64,000 nt of DNA from NCBI GenBank assembly GCA_038248985.1, contig JBBRWV010000003.1:437-64436 (forward strand). The letters are read 5' to 3'. This DNA comes from Phycisphaerae bacterium (GTDB lineage Bacteria; Planctomycetota; Phycisphaerae; WQYP01). Made by a program: the position numbers and the translations under genes. Under the pieces are notes generated by a model. That model did not search any database. It was not told the origin of the DNA and was given only the letters and a program-made list of their open reading frames with translations. This document shows positions 23,084-32,487 of this stretch, piece after piece (position 1 is the stretch's first letter; every line of letters starts with the position of its first letter).

Positions 23084-25612
23084 ATGCAAGAACTTCCCAT
23101 CGATTCGTACCTTCCGCAAATTCTGGAGGCGCTGCGCGATTCTCCCAATCTGGTGCTGGTGGCGCCGCCGGGGGCAGGGAAGACGACGCGGGTTCCGCCA
23201 GCGGTATTGGCGGCGAAGCTGGTTTTGCCGGAGCATCCTGTAATACTGATGTTGCAGCCGCGGCGCGTGGCGGCGCGGGCTTCGGCGGAGCGCATCGCGG
23301 AGGAAAATGGCTGGCAATTGGGACGGGAGGTGGGGTATCACATTCGATTTGAAAAAAGGTATGGGGCCTCCACGCGTCTCCGGGTGTTGACCGAGGGCAT
23401 CCTGACGCGGCAACTGCTCGCGGATCCGTTTCTGGAGGGTGTGGGGATGGTCATTCTCGATGAATTTCACGAACGCAACTTGCACACGGATCTGGCAGTG
23501 GCGTTGCTGCGGGAGATTCAGCAGACTGTGCGGCCGGATCTCAAACTGGTGGTGATGTCGGCGACTTTGCAGGCGGAGCCGGTCGCGGCCTTTTTGAATG
23601 CCCCAATTGTGCGTACCGAGGGCCGGGTGTTTCCCGTGGAGGTTTCGCACCATCCGGTGGGGGATCAACGGATGGAAAACCAGGTGTTGCGACTGGTGGA
23701 GGAGAGCGTTGAGCGCGACCTGGGGGATGTGCTGGTATTTCTTCCTGGGGTTGGAGAGATTGAGCGGGCGCGGGCGGCGCTGCTGCCGCTGGAGTCGCGT
23801 GATCGGCTGGTGATTCTGCCTTTGCATGGGTCGCTTACTTCGGAGGAGCAGCATCGGGCCTTGGCGCGGGCCGCAGCGGGGGTGCGAAAAATAATCCTCG
23901 CCACCAACATTGCAGAAACGTCGCTCACTATTGATGGCGTGCGTACCGTGATCGACTCAGGCCTGGCACGCATCAACTCCTTTGATGCGGATCGGGGGAT
24001 GGATCGGCTGGACCTGCAGCGCATTTCGAAAGCGTCCGCAACACAAAGGGCGGGGCGGGCGGGTCGCACCGCGCCGGGGCGATGTCTGCGCATGTGGTCG
24101 GTGGGGGAGGACAAGAATCTGGCGGAGTTTGAGATTCCGGAAATCATGCGTGTCGATCTGGCGCCGACGACGTTGGCGCTGCATGCGTGGGGTAGTAAAG
24201 ATGCCCGGGCATTTGGCTGGTTTGAGCGTCCACCGGAGTCGATGCTGGCGGCGGCGGAGGATCTGCTGGAACTTTTGGGGGCCACGCACGATGGAGTCAT
24301 CACTGAGACGGGGCGGGCGATGCTGACGCTTCCGACGCATCCGCGTCTGGCTCGGCTGCTCATCGAGGCGGCGCATTTTGGTTTGCTGCGTGAAGGGGCA
24401 ACGATCGCGGCGTTGCTTTCGGAAAAAGACATTGTGCGCCGCAGCGGTGATTTTCAGACGCGTGGTCCGCGAATGAAGGCGGATTCAGACATTACGATCC
24501 GTCTGGAGGCCCTGCAGAGCAATGCGGTGAATGTGGGAGAACTTGACTCGTATGTGATCAAGCAGGTTTTACGCGTGCGCGACGAGTTGTTGCGTATTGC
24601 GGAGCGTTTGCCTGCGCAGCGGAGCGGCGACACGCGTGCGGTTCTGCTACTGCCGTTGTTTGCCTTTCCGGATCGTGTGGTCAGGCGCCGCGAGAGTGAC
24701 CCGACGCGCGGCGTGATGGTGGGGGGGAGCGGTATTAAGCTTGCGCCGGAATCCGGGGTTCTGGAGCCGGAGCTATTTCTCGCCTTGGCGCTGCGTCATG
24801 ATGATCGTTCCAGCACGCGCGAGGCTCAGGTTACGCTGGCGTCGGGTATTGAGCAGGCGTGGCTGGAGAAATACTTTCCGCAGGCGATCAGCACAGTGGT
24901 CGTCGCGCATTATGATTCCGAGCGTCAACGTGTGGTGGGAATGCTGCGGGAACGCTATCGCGATCTGCTGTTGCGCGAAGATCCCAATGCAAATATGGAT
25001 GCTGCGGTGGCTGGACGGGCGCTCGCGGCGGCGCTGGTGCCGCAAGCAGAGACGCTGTTCCGGGCGGATGAAGCCGCGGTGAAACTGCTGGATCGGGTGA
25101 GTCTGCTGAGGCAGCATATGCCGGAGCATCCGTGGCCGAAATTTGATGCGGAACAATTGGCGTTGATTCTGAGCGAGGCGTGTGCCAACAAGCGCTCACT
25201 GGCAGAGGTGCTCGCTGCAACGGGCGGACTGGCGCAGCTCCTGCACAATCAATTGCAGTACCCTCTAAACCGGTTGCTGGATCAGTACGCGCCGGAAACG
25301 TATGAAGTGCCGACTGGCAACAAGATTCGCATTGACTATGCGGAGAACCAGTCGCCAATTCTCGCGGTGCGTCTGCAGGAGTTGTTTGGCCTGCTGGAGA
25401 CGCCGCGAATCGCGAATGGGCGTGTCCCGCTGACGCTGCACCTGCTCGCGCCCAATTATCGTCCGACCCAAATCACGTCGGACCTTCGCAGTTTCTGGAA
25501 GACGGCCTATTTTGAAGTTCGCAAAGATCTGCGCGCCCGCTATCCCAAGCACAGTTGGCCGGAAGATCCGCTCACCGCACCTCCGCAAGCCAGGGGGCGT
25601 TCGCGGCGTTGA
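23084..25612 (+). CDS. hrpB: ATP-dependent RNA helicase HrpB (DEAH-box)
   Basis: 842 aa; APPGAGKTT Walker A, DEFHER (DExH), TNIAETSLTIDGV and QRAGRAGR helicase motifs plus HrpB-type C-terminal domain. Confidence 0.9.
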   Translation: MQELPIDSYLPQILEALRDSPNLVLVAPPGAGKTTRVPPAVLAAKLVLPEHPVILMLQPRRVAARASAERIAEENGWQLGREVGYHIRFEKRYGASTRLRVLTEGILTRQLLADPFLEGVGMVILDEFHERNLHTDLAVALLREIQQTVRPDLKLVVMSATLQAEPVAAFLNAPIVRTEGRVFPVEVSHHPVGDQRMENQVLRLVEESVERDLGDVLVFLPGVGEIERARAALLPLESRDRLVILPLHGSLTSEEQHRALARAAAGVRKIILATNIAETSLTIDGVRTVIDSGLARINSFDADRGMDRLDLQRISKASATQRAGRAGRTAPGRCLRMWSVGEDKNLAEFEIPEIMRVDLAPTTLALHAWGSKDARAFGWFERPPESMLAAAEDLLELLGATHDGVITETGRAMLTLPTHPRLARLLIEAAHFGLLREGATIAALLSEKDIVRRSGDFQTRGPRMKADSDITIRLEALQSNAVNVGELDSYVIKQVLRVRDELLRIAERLPAQRSGDTRAVLLLPLFAFPDRVVRRRESDPTRGVMVGGSGIKLAPESGVLEPELFLALALRHDDRSSTREAQVTLASGIEQAWLEKYFPQAISTVVVAHYDSERQRVVGMLRERYRDLLLREDPNANMDAAVAGRALAAALVPQAETLFRADEAAVKLLDRVSLLRQHMPEHPWPKFDAEQLALILSEACANKRSLAEVLAATGGLAQLLHNQLQYPLNRLLDQYAPETYEVPTGNKIRIDYAENQSPILAVRLQELFGLLETPRIANGRVPLTLHLLAPNYRPTQITSDLRSFWKTAYFEVRKDLRARYPKHSWPEDPLTAPPQARGRSRR

Positions 25613-25659
25613 GAGATGACGGTTTTGCGTTTCCGCGCCCGCTCCGCAACAATCTCTTC

Positions 25660-27579
25660 ATGTCGGTCAATGAACTACTTATTCTTATCTCCCAAGCCAT
25701 GCTGCGGGATCAACTCGGCTTTCGCCAGCGTTACGAAGCGCTGCGTGCCGGCCATGTCACGCCTGCACGCACGGATCAACTTGCCGCGCTGCGGGCGCAG
25801 GTTCAGCACTCCGTGGCGCAGCGACAAATTCGCACGCAGTCGCTCCCGCCCATCCATTTTCCGCCGCAACTGCCGGTCTCGGAACGACGTCACGAGATTG
25901 CGCAGGCGATCGCCAATCATCAGGTGATTGTGATTTGCGGTGAGACGGGATCAGGAAAAACCACACAGCTTCCGAAGATTTGCCTGGAAATGGGCCGCGG
26001 CATTTCGGGAATGATCGGGCACACGCAGCCGCGACGCATCGCCGCACGCTCGGTTGCGGCACGGATCGCGGAGGAACTGCATACGCGTGTCGGTGACCAC
26101 GTCGCTTACAAGGTGCGTTTTTCCGACAACGTCTCGGAACGCACGCTTATCAAGCTGATGACCGATGGCATCCTGCTGGCTGAAACGCAGAGCGATAATT
26201 TCCTCAAGCGGTACGACACGCTCATTATCGATGAAGCGCACGAACGCTCGCTGAATATCGATTTTCTCCTGGGGTACCTGCGGCAGCTTCTGCCCAAGCG
26301 GCCGGACCTGAAACTGATCATCACTTCCGCCACGATTGATCCGCACAGTTTTGCCAATCATTTCAGTTATAAGGACGTGCCTGCTCCGGTGATCATGGTT
26401 AGCGGGCGAACGTACCCTGTGGAGATGCGCTACCATGATCCACTGGCCAAGGTGCGGGCTGCGGCGCTGGCGTCGGGTGTGGAGGAAGATGCGGATGAAG
26501 AGCAACCGGATATGCTCGAAGCCATTGCCCACGCGGTGGACGAGCTCATCAATCTGGGGCCGGGTGACATCCTTATTTTTCTGAGTGGTGAGCGGGAGAT
26601 ACGCGAGACGGCCAAGGAACTTGAGGCTAAGGCGCGCGGGCGGCATGGTTTTGAAATCGTTCCGCTGTACGCCCGGCTGAGCAACGAGGAGCAGCAACGC
26701 GTTTTCACCCCACACAAACTTCGCCGGGTTGTACTGGCCACTAATGTTGCCGAGACGTCGCTGACGGTGCCGGGCATCAAGTATGTGATCGATCCGGGGT
26801 TGGCGCGCATTTCGCGGTATTCGCCGCGTTCGAAAATTCAGCGACTTCCCATTGAACAGATTTCACAGGCTTCGGCGAACCAGCGGTCCGGCCGCTGCGG
26901 GCGTGTCTCTGCAGGTGTGTGCATTCGTCTTTATTCTGAGGAAGATTTTCTTGCTCGACCGGTCTACATGGAGCCGGAAATTCTCCGCACGAATCTGGCG
27001 GCGGTCATCCTGCAGATGAAGGCGCTCAAACTTGGGAAGGTCGAAGATTTTCCTTTTTTATCGCGGCCTAACGCGCGGCAGATTGCGGATGGGTATCAAA
27101 CGCTGCTCGAACTGGGGGCGGTTACGCCGGAGTTTGAGCTTACGCCCTTGGGGGCGAAGCTCGCGCGGTTGCCGATTGATCCGCGTATTGCGCGCATGAT
27201 TCTGGCCGGGCAGGATGAGGGCGTCGAAGCCGAGGTTCTCATCATTGCCGCGGCCTTGAGCGTGCAGGATCCGCGGGAGCGGCCGCTGGACATGGCGCCG
27301 GCGGCGGATGCGGCACACCTGGAGTTCCGGGATGAGAATTCCGATTTTCTGGGTTACCTCAAATTGTGGTCTTGGTATCACGAGACGGCAAAAAGTCTTT
27401 CCACCAACAAGCTTCGCCGGGCCTGCATCGAGCGTTTTCTATCGTTCACGCGTATGCGTGAATGGCACGATATTCACACGCAACTGCGCGAGCTTTTGGA
27501 TGAGATGCGGCAGGAGGCACGGCCTACGGTGACACCGCGGAGGCCTCACCCCAGAGGAAATCCGCGACAGCGAACATGA
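25660..27579 (+). pseudogene. hrpA: ATP-dependent helicase HrpA, N-terminal half only (helicase core, HA2, OB-fold); gene interrupted
   Basis: start at MSVNELLIL; CGETGSGKTTQ, DEAHERS, TNVAETSLTVPGI and QRSGRCGR motifs; ends ...REWHDIHTQLRELLDEM then ~14 non-homologous residues and a stop, where full-length HrpA continues for ~600 more residues. Confidence 0.8.
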
Positions 27580-27684
27580 AAATATTTTATTTTTTACATG
27601 ACGATTCACAAACAGGGCGTTACTATATGTTGTAGTGCCACCGCGTGGTGACACAAAATAACGGCCTTGAATAAGGAGATTTAC

Positions 27685-27750
27685 ATGGCCAAAGGTAACA
27701 ACAGTCAGAAGAAGGAAGTCAAGAAACCCAAGAAGGACAAGAAAAAATAA
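27685..27750 (+). CDS. candidate small lysine-rich peptide (21 aa, MAKGNNSQKKEVKKPKKDKK)
   Basis: strong AAGGAG SD 7 nt upstream of ATG, followed 10 nt later by a perfect 14-bp hairpin; sits in an AT-rich island; below the ORF-track length cutoff. Confidence 0.3.
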   Translation: MAKGNNSQKKEVKKPKKDKKK

Positions 27751-27760
27751 CCCCAAAAAC

Positions 27761-27794
27761 GAAGAAAGCTCGGAACTCTGTCCGAGCTTTCTTC
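27761..27794. terminator. bidirectional intrinsic-terminator-like hairpin
   Basis: perfect inverted repeat gaagaaagctcgga / tccgagctttcttc with 6-nt loop; on the minus strand it is followed by GTTTTTGGGG (T-tract) ~60 nt downstream of the isomerase stop; on the plus strand it follows the small ORF. Confidence 0.5.
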
Positions 27795-27854
27795 TTGCTT
27801 CAAACCAATCAAGAAGTGTGGTGAGGGAAAGGGAAACGGGCGTGAGGGGATCAA

Positions 27855-28727
27855 TCAACACGATGTCAGAAAGTGTGCCGCCGACAGCAAACCCATTTGC
27901 TCGCCTTCGGTGGTGCCATTGAAATCGGCATCCTCCAATTCGATGGATACCGCGCCTTGGTAGCTGCGGGAACGCAGGATTTCAAACGCGCGGCCCCAGC
28001 GGAAAACGCCATGGCCCGGAATCGTGTAGCGCCACGTCATCGAACCAAATTGCCGCGGCGTTCCAAAGGTGGGGGGCTGCTCTGTGCCATATTCGTAGCG
28101 GTTCTCAATCAACAACTCAGTATCTTTGCCGTGGACGTGATAAATGCGTTCCGCAAACTCTTCGACAAAGCGGATCGGATCAATATTCATCCGCAGGAAA
28201 TGCGAGGGATCAAAATTGATCCCGATTGATTTTCCGTGGCACGCTTTGATCGCTTCGCGCACGGTTTCCGGTGTGCAGCACAGCGCCCCGGACCCGGGCC
28301 AGCCTTCAATGACGAGGCGAGCTTGGTGCTGTTCCAGCGTACTGGTCATGGCGTTAAGCGATTCGATCATGTATTTGAAATTTTCCTTGCGCGGCAAGGC
28401 AGGGTTCTCCGGCAGCATAACCATGAAGAAGTTTCGCACGCCGAAAGCGGAGCAGGCGGCGATATACTCGGCGTTCCGCGCCACTCCCGCCTGGCGTTTT
28501 GTTTCATCGGCGGACAGCAGGTCATTCCAAATCGGCAAATCCACCGCAGGAATACTCAGCCCCGCGTCGACCACCTGCTTGCCGATGGCATCGGCATCGC
28601 GCCCCAGATCAATCGCGGAAAAATGATTCTGCTTCGCCCAGGCGATCAGACCCGCCATATCTTTTTGCCACGGTGCCCACCCGCGCCGAAAGCCCACGGG
28701 AAAATTGCCGGTTCGCGTCATGAACAT
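27855..28727 (-). CDS. sugar phosphate isomerase/epimerase (xylose-isomerase-like TIM barrel)
   Basis: start at MFMTRTGNF with GGAG ~8 nt upstream; IRFVEEFAERIYHVHGKD and IELEDAD metal-binding patterns typical of the AP-endonuclease-2/xylose-isomerase-like family. Confidence 0.7.
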   Translation of the reverse strand: MFMTRTGNFPVGFRRGWAPWQKDMAGLIAWAKQNHFSAIDLGRDADAIGKQVVDAGLSIPAVDLPIWNDLLSADETKRQAGVARNAEYIAACSAFGVRNFFMVMLPENPALPRKENFKYMIESLNAMTSTLEQHQARLVIEGWPGSGALCCTPETVREAIKACHGKSIGINFDPSHFLRMNIDPIRFVEEFAERIYHVHGKDTELLIENRYEYGTEQPPTFGTPRQFGSMTWRYTIPGHGVFRWGRAFEILRSRSYQGAVSIELEDADFNGTTEGEQMGLLSAAHFLTSC

Positions 28728-28873
28728 CGTTTTGATCTCCAAGCTTGTTAACAGCGCAAGAGTGTAGAGGGGTCTTTATGCACTGGCAATGCAAATAGGC
28801 AATCGCTGGCGCATGGCATGTCCGCCACGACGCGTTTATACTTCCCGCGGTCTACTAATCGGAGCACTGATCC

Positions 28874-29257
28874 ATGGGAAAATACACGGTCGAGGCCGTC
28901 GCTGACAAAATGGTCACCCTCAAAGTGGCGGATAAAAACTACCGCAACAGCTTCGTGCTGAAAGGTGATACAGCAAACCTGGTGCAGGGCTCCAAAGTCG
29001 CCGGAACCATTCACGCCCCGGCCTGGAAAGTCGACCGCGTCGCGTTGGGCGGCAACTATGTCGAGCCGCTGTACGGTCGCCCCCGTCGCATGCAAGGCAC
29101 CATCCTGGCGGTAAAAGCCGGCGTCAATGAACTGGTGGTGCAGGTGGGTTACGAAGTCACCGTGAAACTGCCCGAGAAGTACAAGGCCTCTGAGTACCAG
29201 GTGGGCGAGCGGATCGGCTGGGACAACATCGAAGTGCCAACGCTTGAACTCGTTTGA
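28874..29257 (+). CDS. hypothetical protein (127 aa), no recognisable domain
   Basis: clean ORF with GGAG-containing SD region, non-repetitive balanced composition, not antisense to another gene. Confidence 0.45.
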   Translation: MGKYTVEAVADKMVTLKVADKNYRNSFVLKGDTANLVQGSKVAGTIHAPAWKVDRVALGGNYVEPLYGRPRRMQGTILAVKAGVNELVVQVGYEVTVKLPEKYKASEYQVGERIGWDNIEVPTLELV

Positions 29258-29387
29258 CCTTCGCTTCATCGTGCGTCAGGGGATGAGGGTGGGCCAAAGA
29301 GGATGGGCAAATCTTCTGAAATGAAACCGACTTCGCTGGCGTTAATCGTGTGGTTGATTTACGGGTTGAGCGGAACGAGGCACCTCA

Positions 29388-30986
29388 ATGACCAGCGCAC
29401 AGCGTGATGTTACCGTTCCTCCCCCCGTCGGGCTGCCTCCCGGCCCGATCAATACGCCGATATGGCGAAAATGGGTCAACGTCCCGCACATTGTCACCGC
29501 CCTGTTTTTGATGGCGGGCGGAATCCTCATTTCACATCATGGCGTCTGGCGTGATGAGGCCCAGGCGTTTCTGATTGCCCGCGACAGTCACAGCATTCGC
29601 GAGATGCTGGCGGTCACGCAGTATGAAGGCCATCCGCCACTCTGGCATTTCCTGCTTTATTTTCTGACGCGCTTCACGGACGCGCCTGAAGCGATGCAGA
29701 TTTTCCATCTGCTTTTGGCCGCCACGTCGGTCTATCTCGTTGCACGCTTTTCGCCCTTTCCCCTGATCGCCAGGATACTTTTTCCCTTCGGCTATTTTAC
29801 GCTCTTTGAGTACGGCGTCATCGCCCGCAACTACCAACTCTTCATGCTGCTCAGCATCATTCTGTGTATCGTCTGGCTGCGTCGTGTAGGCACGCGCCAA
29901 CGTCCCTATCTCTGGATCGCCCTTCTGCTGGTGTTGCTGTGTCTCACCCATGTTCTGGGTTTTATTCTTGCTGCGGCCTTTTTTGGCACCCTCCTCGCCG
30001 AGTCCGTGTTCACCCACGACGGTCGCCGCGCCGTATGCGCCAACCCCATTCGATTTGCAGCGACAATTCTGATTGTTGCGGGCGGGATGTTATTAACCGT
30101 CAAACTCTTGAAACAGCCGTCCGACGGAAATTTCAGTCCTGGGTGGCAGTTCGATCTGGAGCCATACCACATCTGGAACACCCTGACCTCCCTCTGGCGG
30201 GCCTACGTCCCCATGAGCGAGTGGCGTGTGACGTTCTGGGGCACGCATTACATCACCGCCAAAAACACCGAACCTCCCTTGGCTATCCTCGCGTTCATTG
30301 CGGTTTTTGTTTTGCTCCGCGTCTCCTGGCGGGCCAAGCTTTTCTTTCTCTGTTCGACTCTTGGTTTGCTGGTGTTTGCCCACGTGAAATACTTCGGCGG
30401 CCCGCGGCACTACGGCGCACTTTTCGTCGCCCTGATCTGTTCCTTCTGGATCGCCTGGTCCGGCTATCGCCCCCACACAATGATTATCTGGAAACGCATC
30501 CTCTGGCTCACTCCGCGCATCGCCTTCGTCGCACTACTCGCCGTTCAGGCCTACGCCAGTTTTGTCGCTGCCCATTTCACCATTTTCTATCCCTTCTCCC
30601 GCGCCCGCGATGCGGCACCCGTTCTCCGTTCCCTGGTTCAGCCCGGAGACATAATCTTTGGCGATATCACGGAGCGCAACGCGCCTCTCGCCGCCTACAT
30701 GCCGGGGCAGCAGTTTTACTATCCGCGTAACGGGGGGCGAATGGGCACGTATACGATTTGGCGTCACATGCCTGGAACTCAGGACGGGTTCTACGGTGCC
30801 CAGAACCTTGCCGACAAGCGTCAGCAAGCCGTCATATTTGTTGCGGACGCCCCCCTGCGCAAGAACCGATGGAATCGCTACCGTCGCGCCACCCTCGTTG
30901 CCAGCTTCCCTTCCGGCATCGTCAATGACGAAGGCTATTTCTTCTACCGCATCGAACCTCGGCCGCCGCGTCGGTCGGGCGACTAA
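29388..30986 (+). CDS. polytopic membrane protein, GT-C-fold glycosyltransferase-like (PMT/ArnT-like) hypothetical
   Basis: 532 aa; ~10 predicted TM helices with loop motifs (RDEAQAFLIARD, GHPPLWHFLLY) reminiscent of family-39/83 membrane glycosyltransferases; assignment tentative. Confidence 0.4.
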   Translation: MTSAQRDVTVPPPVGLPPGPINTPIWRKWVNVPHIVTALFLMAGGILISHHGVWRDEAQAFLIARDSHSIREMLAVTQYEGHPPLWHFLLYFLTRFTDAPEAMQIFHLLLAATSVYLVARFSPFPLIARILFPFGYFTLFEYGVIARNYQLFMLLSIILCIVWLRRVGTRQRPYLWIALLLVLLCLTHVLGFILAAAFFGTLLAESVFTHDGRRAVCANPIRFAATILIVAGGMLLTVKLLKQPSDGNFSPGWQFDLEPYHIWNTLTSLWRAYVPMSEWRVTFWGTHYITAKNTEPPLAILAFIAVFVLLRVSWRAKLFFLCSTLGLLVFAHVKYFGGPRHYGALFVALICSFWIAWSGYRPHTMIIWKRILWLTPRIAFVALLAVQAYASFVAAHFTIFYPFSRARDAAPVLRSLVQPGDIIFGDITERNAPLAAYMPGQQFYYPRNGGRMGTYTIWRHMPGTQDGFYGAQNLADKRQQAVIFVADAPLRKNRWNRYRRATLVASFPSGIVNDEGYFFYRIEPRPPRRSGD

Positions 30987-31090
30987 GTGGCGCATGGGTT
31001 AAATCCGCCTTCCCACTCTTTATTTTGCGATCATTTCCATCACTATTTATACTCCGCTTCAAACTCAATTTTGTATCTAAAGGTGTTCCC

Positions 31091-31705
31091 ATGCCCGATG
31101 CCGCTGGCTCCCGTCCGCTCATCATCTCTTCTGATATCGCGCGGCAGGTGCGCATTCCGCCCGGCCAGTCAGAAACTAAAAAATGGCCTGTGCTGCATTA
31201 CGGCGATGTCCCCAAGGTAGATCTGGCCCAGTGGGATTTTCAAATATGGGGCGAGGTGCGGCAGCCCTGGAAATGTAATTGGGACGCCTTCCGCGCCTTG
31301 CCATGGGTCAACCTCCAGTGCGATATTCACTGTGTCACCCGTTGGAGCCGGCTCAACAATCTTTTCAGCGGCCCCAGCACGCGTTCCATTCTCGACCACG
31401 TTCAACTCAACCCCGCTGCGTCGCACGTTCTCATTCATGGCGAGGGTGGTTTCACCACCAATCTCGCGCTCGAGGAGTTCAGCGCCGAGGACTGCCTCTT
31501 TGCCATCGAGCACGACGGCCAACCCCTCACGCCCGAGCACGGCTTCCCGCTCCGCCTCGTTGTGCCACGCCTCTATTTCTAGAAAAGCGCCAAGTGGGTT
31601 CGCGGCATTGAGGTCCTCAATTCCGATGTTGCCGGCTTCTGGGAACAAAACGGCTATCACATGCACGGCGACCCGTGGACACAGGAGCGCCACTCGTGGG
31701 AATAG
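31091..31705 (+). pseudogene. sulfite-oxidase-family molybdopterin-binding oxidoreductase (YedY/MsrP-like) interrupted by an in-frame TAG at 31580-31582
   Basis: ORF from MPDAAGSRPLII... runs to ...GFPLRLVVPRLYF then TAG; same frame continues [40 protein letters not shown], the conserved C-terminal half of the Oxidored_molyb domain (compare ...LRLVVPGWYG.KSVKW...). Confidence 0.65.
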
Positions 31706-31722
31706 TCGCCACACTTATTGCC

Positions 31723-32470
31723 ATGGAACCGCAGGGTGTTGAGTCCGTCTCCATGGTTCTACTGCTCCTGCTAGCCATCGTCGTTCTGGCCCTCGTCGCC
31801 GGCAAAATCGGCGTACCTTACCCGACGGTCATGGTTATTGGCGGCCTCCTGATTTGCCTGGTTTCCAGAGGGGATCACTTACCTTTCGATCCTAAAGTTT
31901 TTACCATTGAACCCAAAATCATTTTCCTCCTCTTCCTGCCGCCGCTCCTGTAGGGTGCCGCGTGGCAAACCAGTTGGAAAGATTTCGGTGCCCATCTCCG
32001 CCCCATCAGCGTCCTGGCATTATGCTCGTCCTTCTCACCACGGCCGGTATCGCGGTTCTGGCCATAGTCTTTATCCCCGGCTTCACTTGGGCCAGCGCCT
32101 TTGTCCTGGGTGCCGTCATCAGCCCGCCCGATGCCATTGCCGTCACTGCCCTCACCAAGAAAATCCAGCTTCCCCGACGTGTCGTTTTCCTCCTCGAGGG
32201 GGAAAGCCTCGTCAACGATGCCACCGCCCTCGTGGCTCTGCGCTTCGCGGTGGCTGCGGTTCTCACCGGCACATTCTCACCTTGGCAAGCGACGGGCGAG
32301 TTCCTGCTGACCGTGGCCGGCGGGCTATTGATAGGCCTCATCGTTGGCTGGGTCGTCGGCGAACTCCACCGTCGTCTCAATGATCCCCTCACCGAAACGC
32401 TCATAACCTTTCTCACCCCCTACGCGGCTTTTATATTCGCCGAACAAATCCATATCTCGGCCGTAGTCGC
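31723..32470 (+). pseudogene. Na+/H+ antiporter (CPA1/NhaP family) remnant with in-frame TAG (31951-31953), a downstream 1-nt frameshift and 3' truncation
   Basis: ...IIFLLFLPPLL-TAG-GAAWQTSWKDFGAHLRPISVLAL matches the NhaP consensus (LPPLLFEAAW.TSWREF...LRPISLLA); homology (ISPPDAIAVTALTKK...LLEGESLVNDATALV) continues in another frame from ~32000, then is cut off by the convergent GH15 gene. Confidence 0.6.
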
Positions 32471-32487
32471 CGTCGTTGTCCCCATTC

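Noticed and set aside
31580-31953. Hypothesis that the two in-frame TAG codons reflect amber recoding
   Set aside because: TAG is used as a normal terminator by the adjacent GH15 gene (stop at 32488-32490) and by the oxidoreductase itself (31703-31705); the NhaP gene also carries a frameshift and truncation. Nonsense pseudogenes is the simpler explanation.
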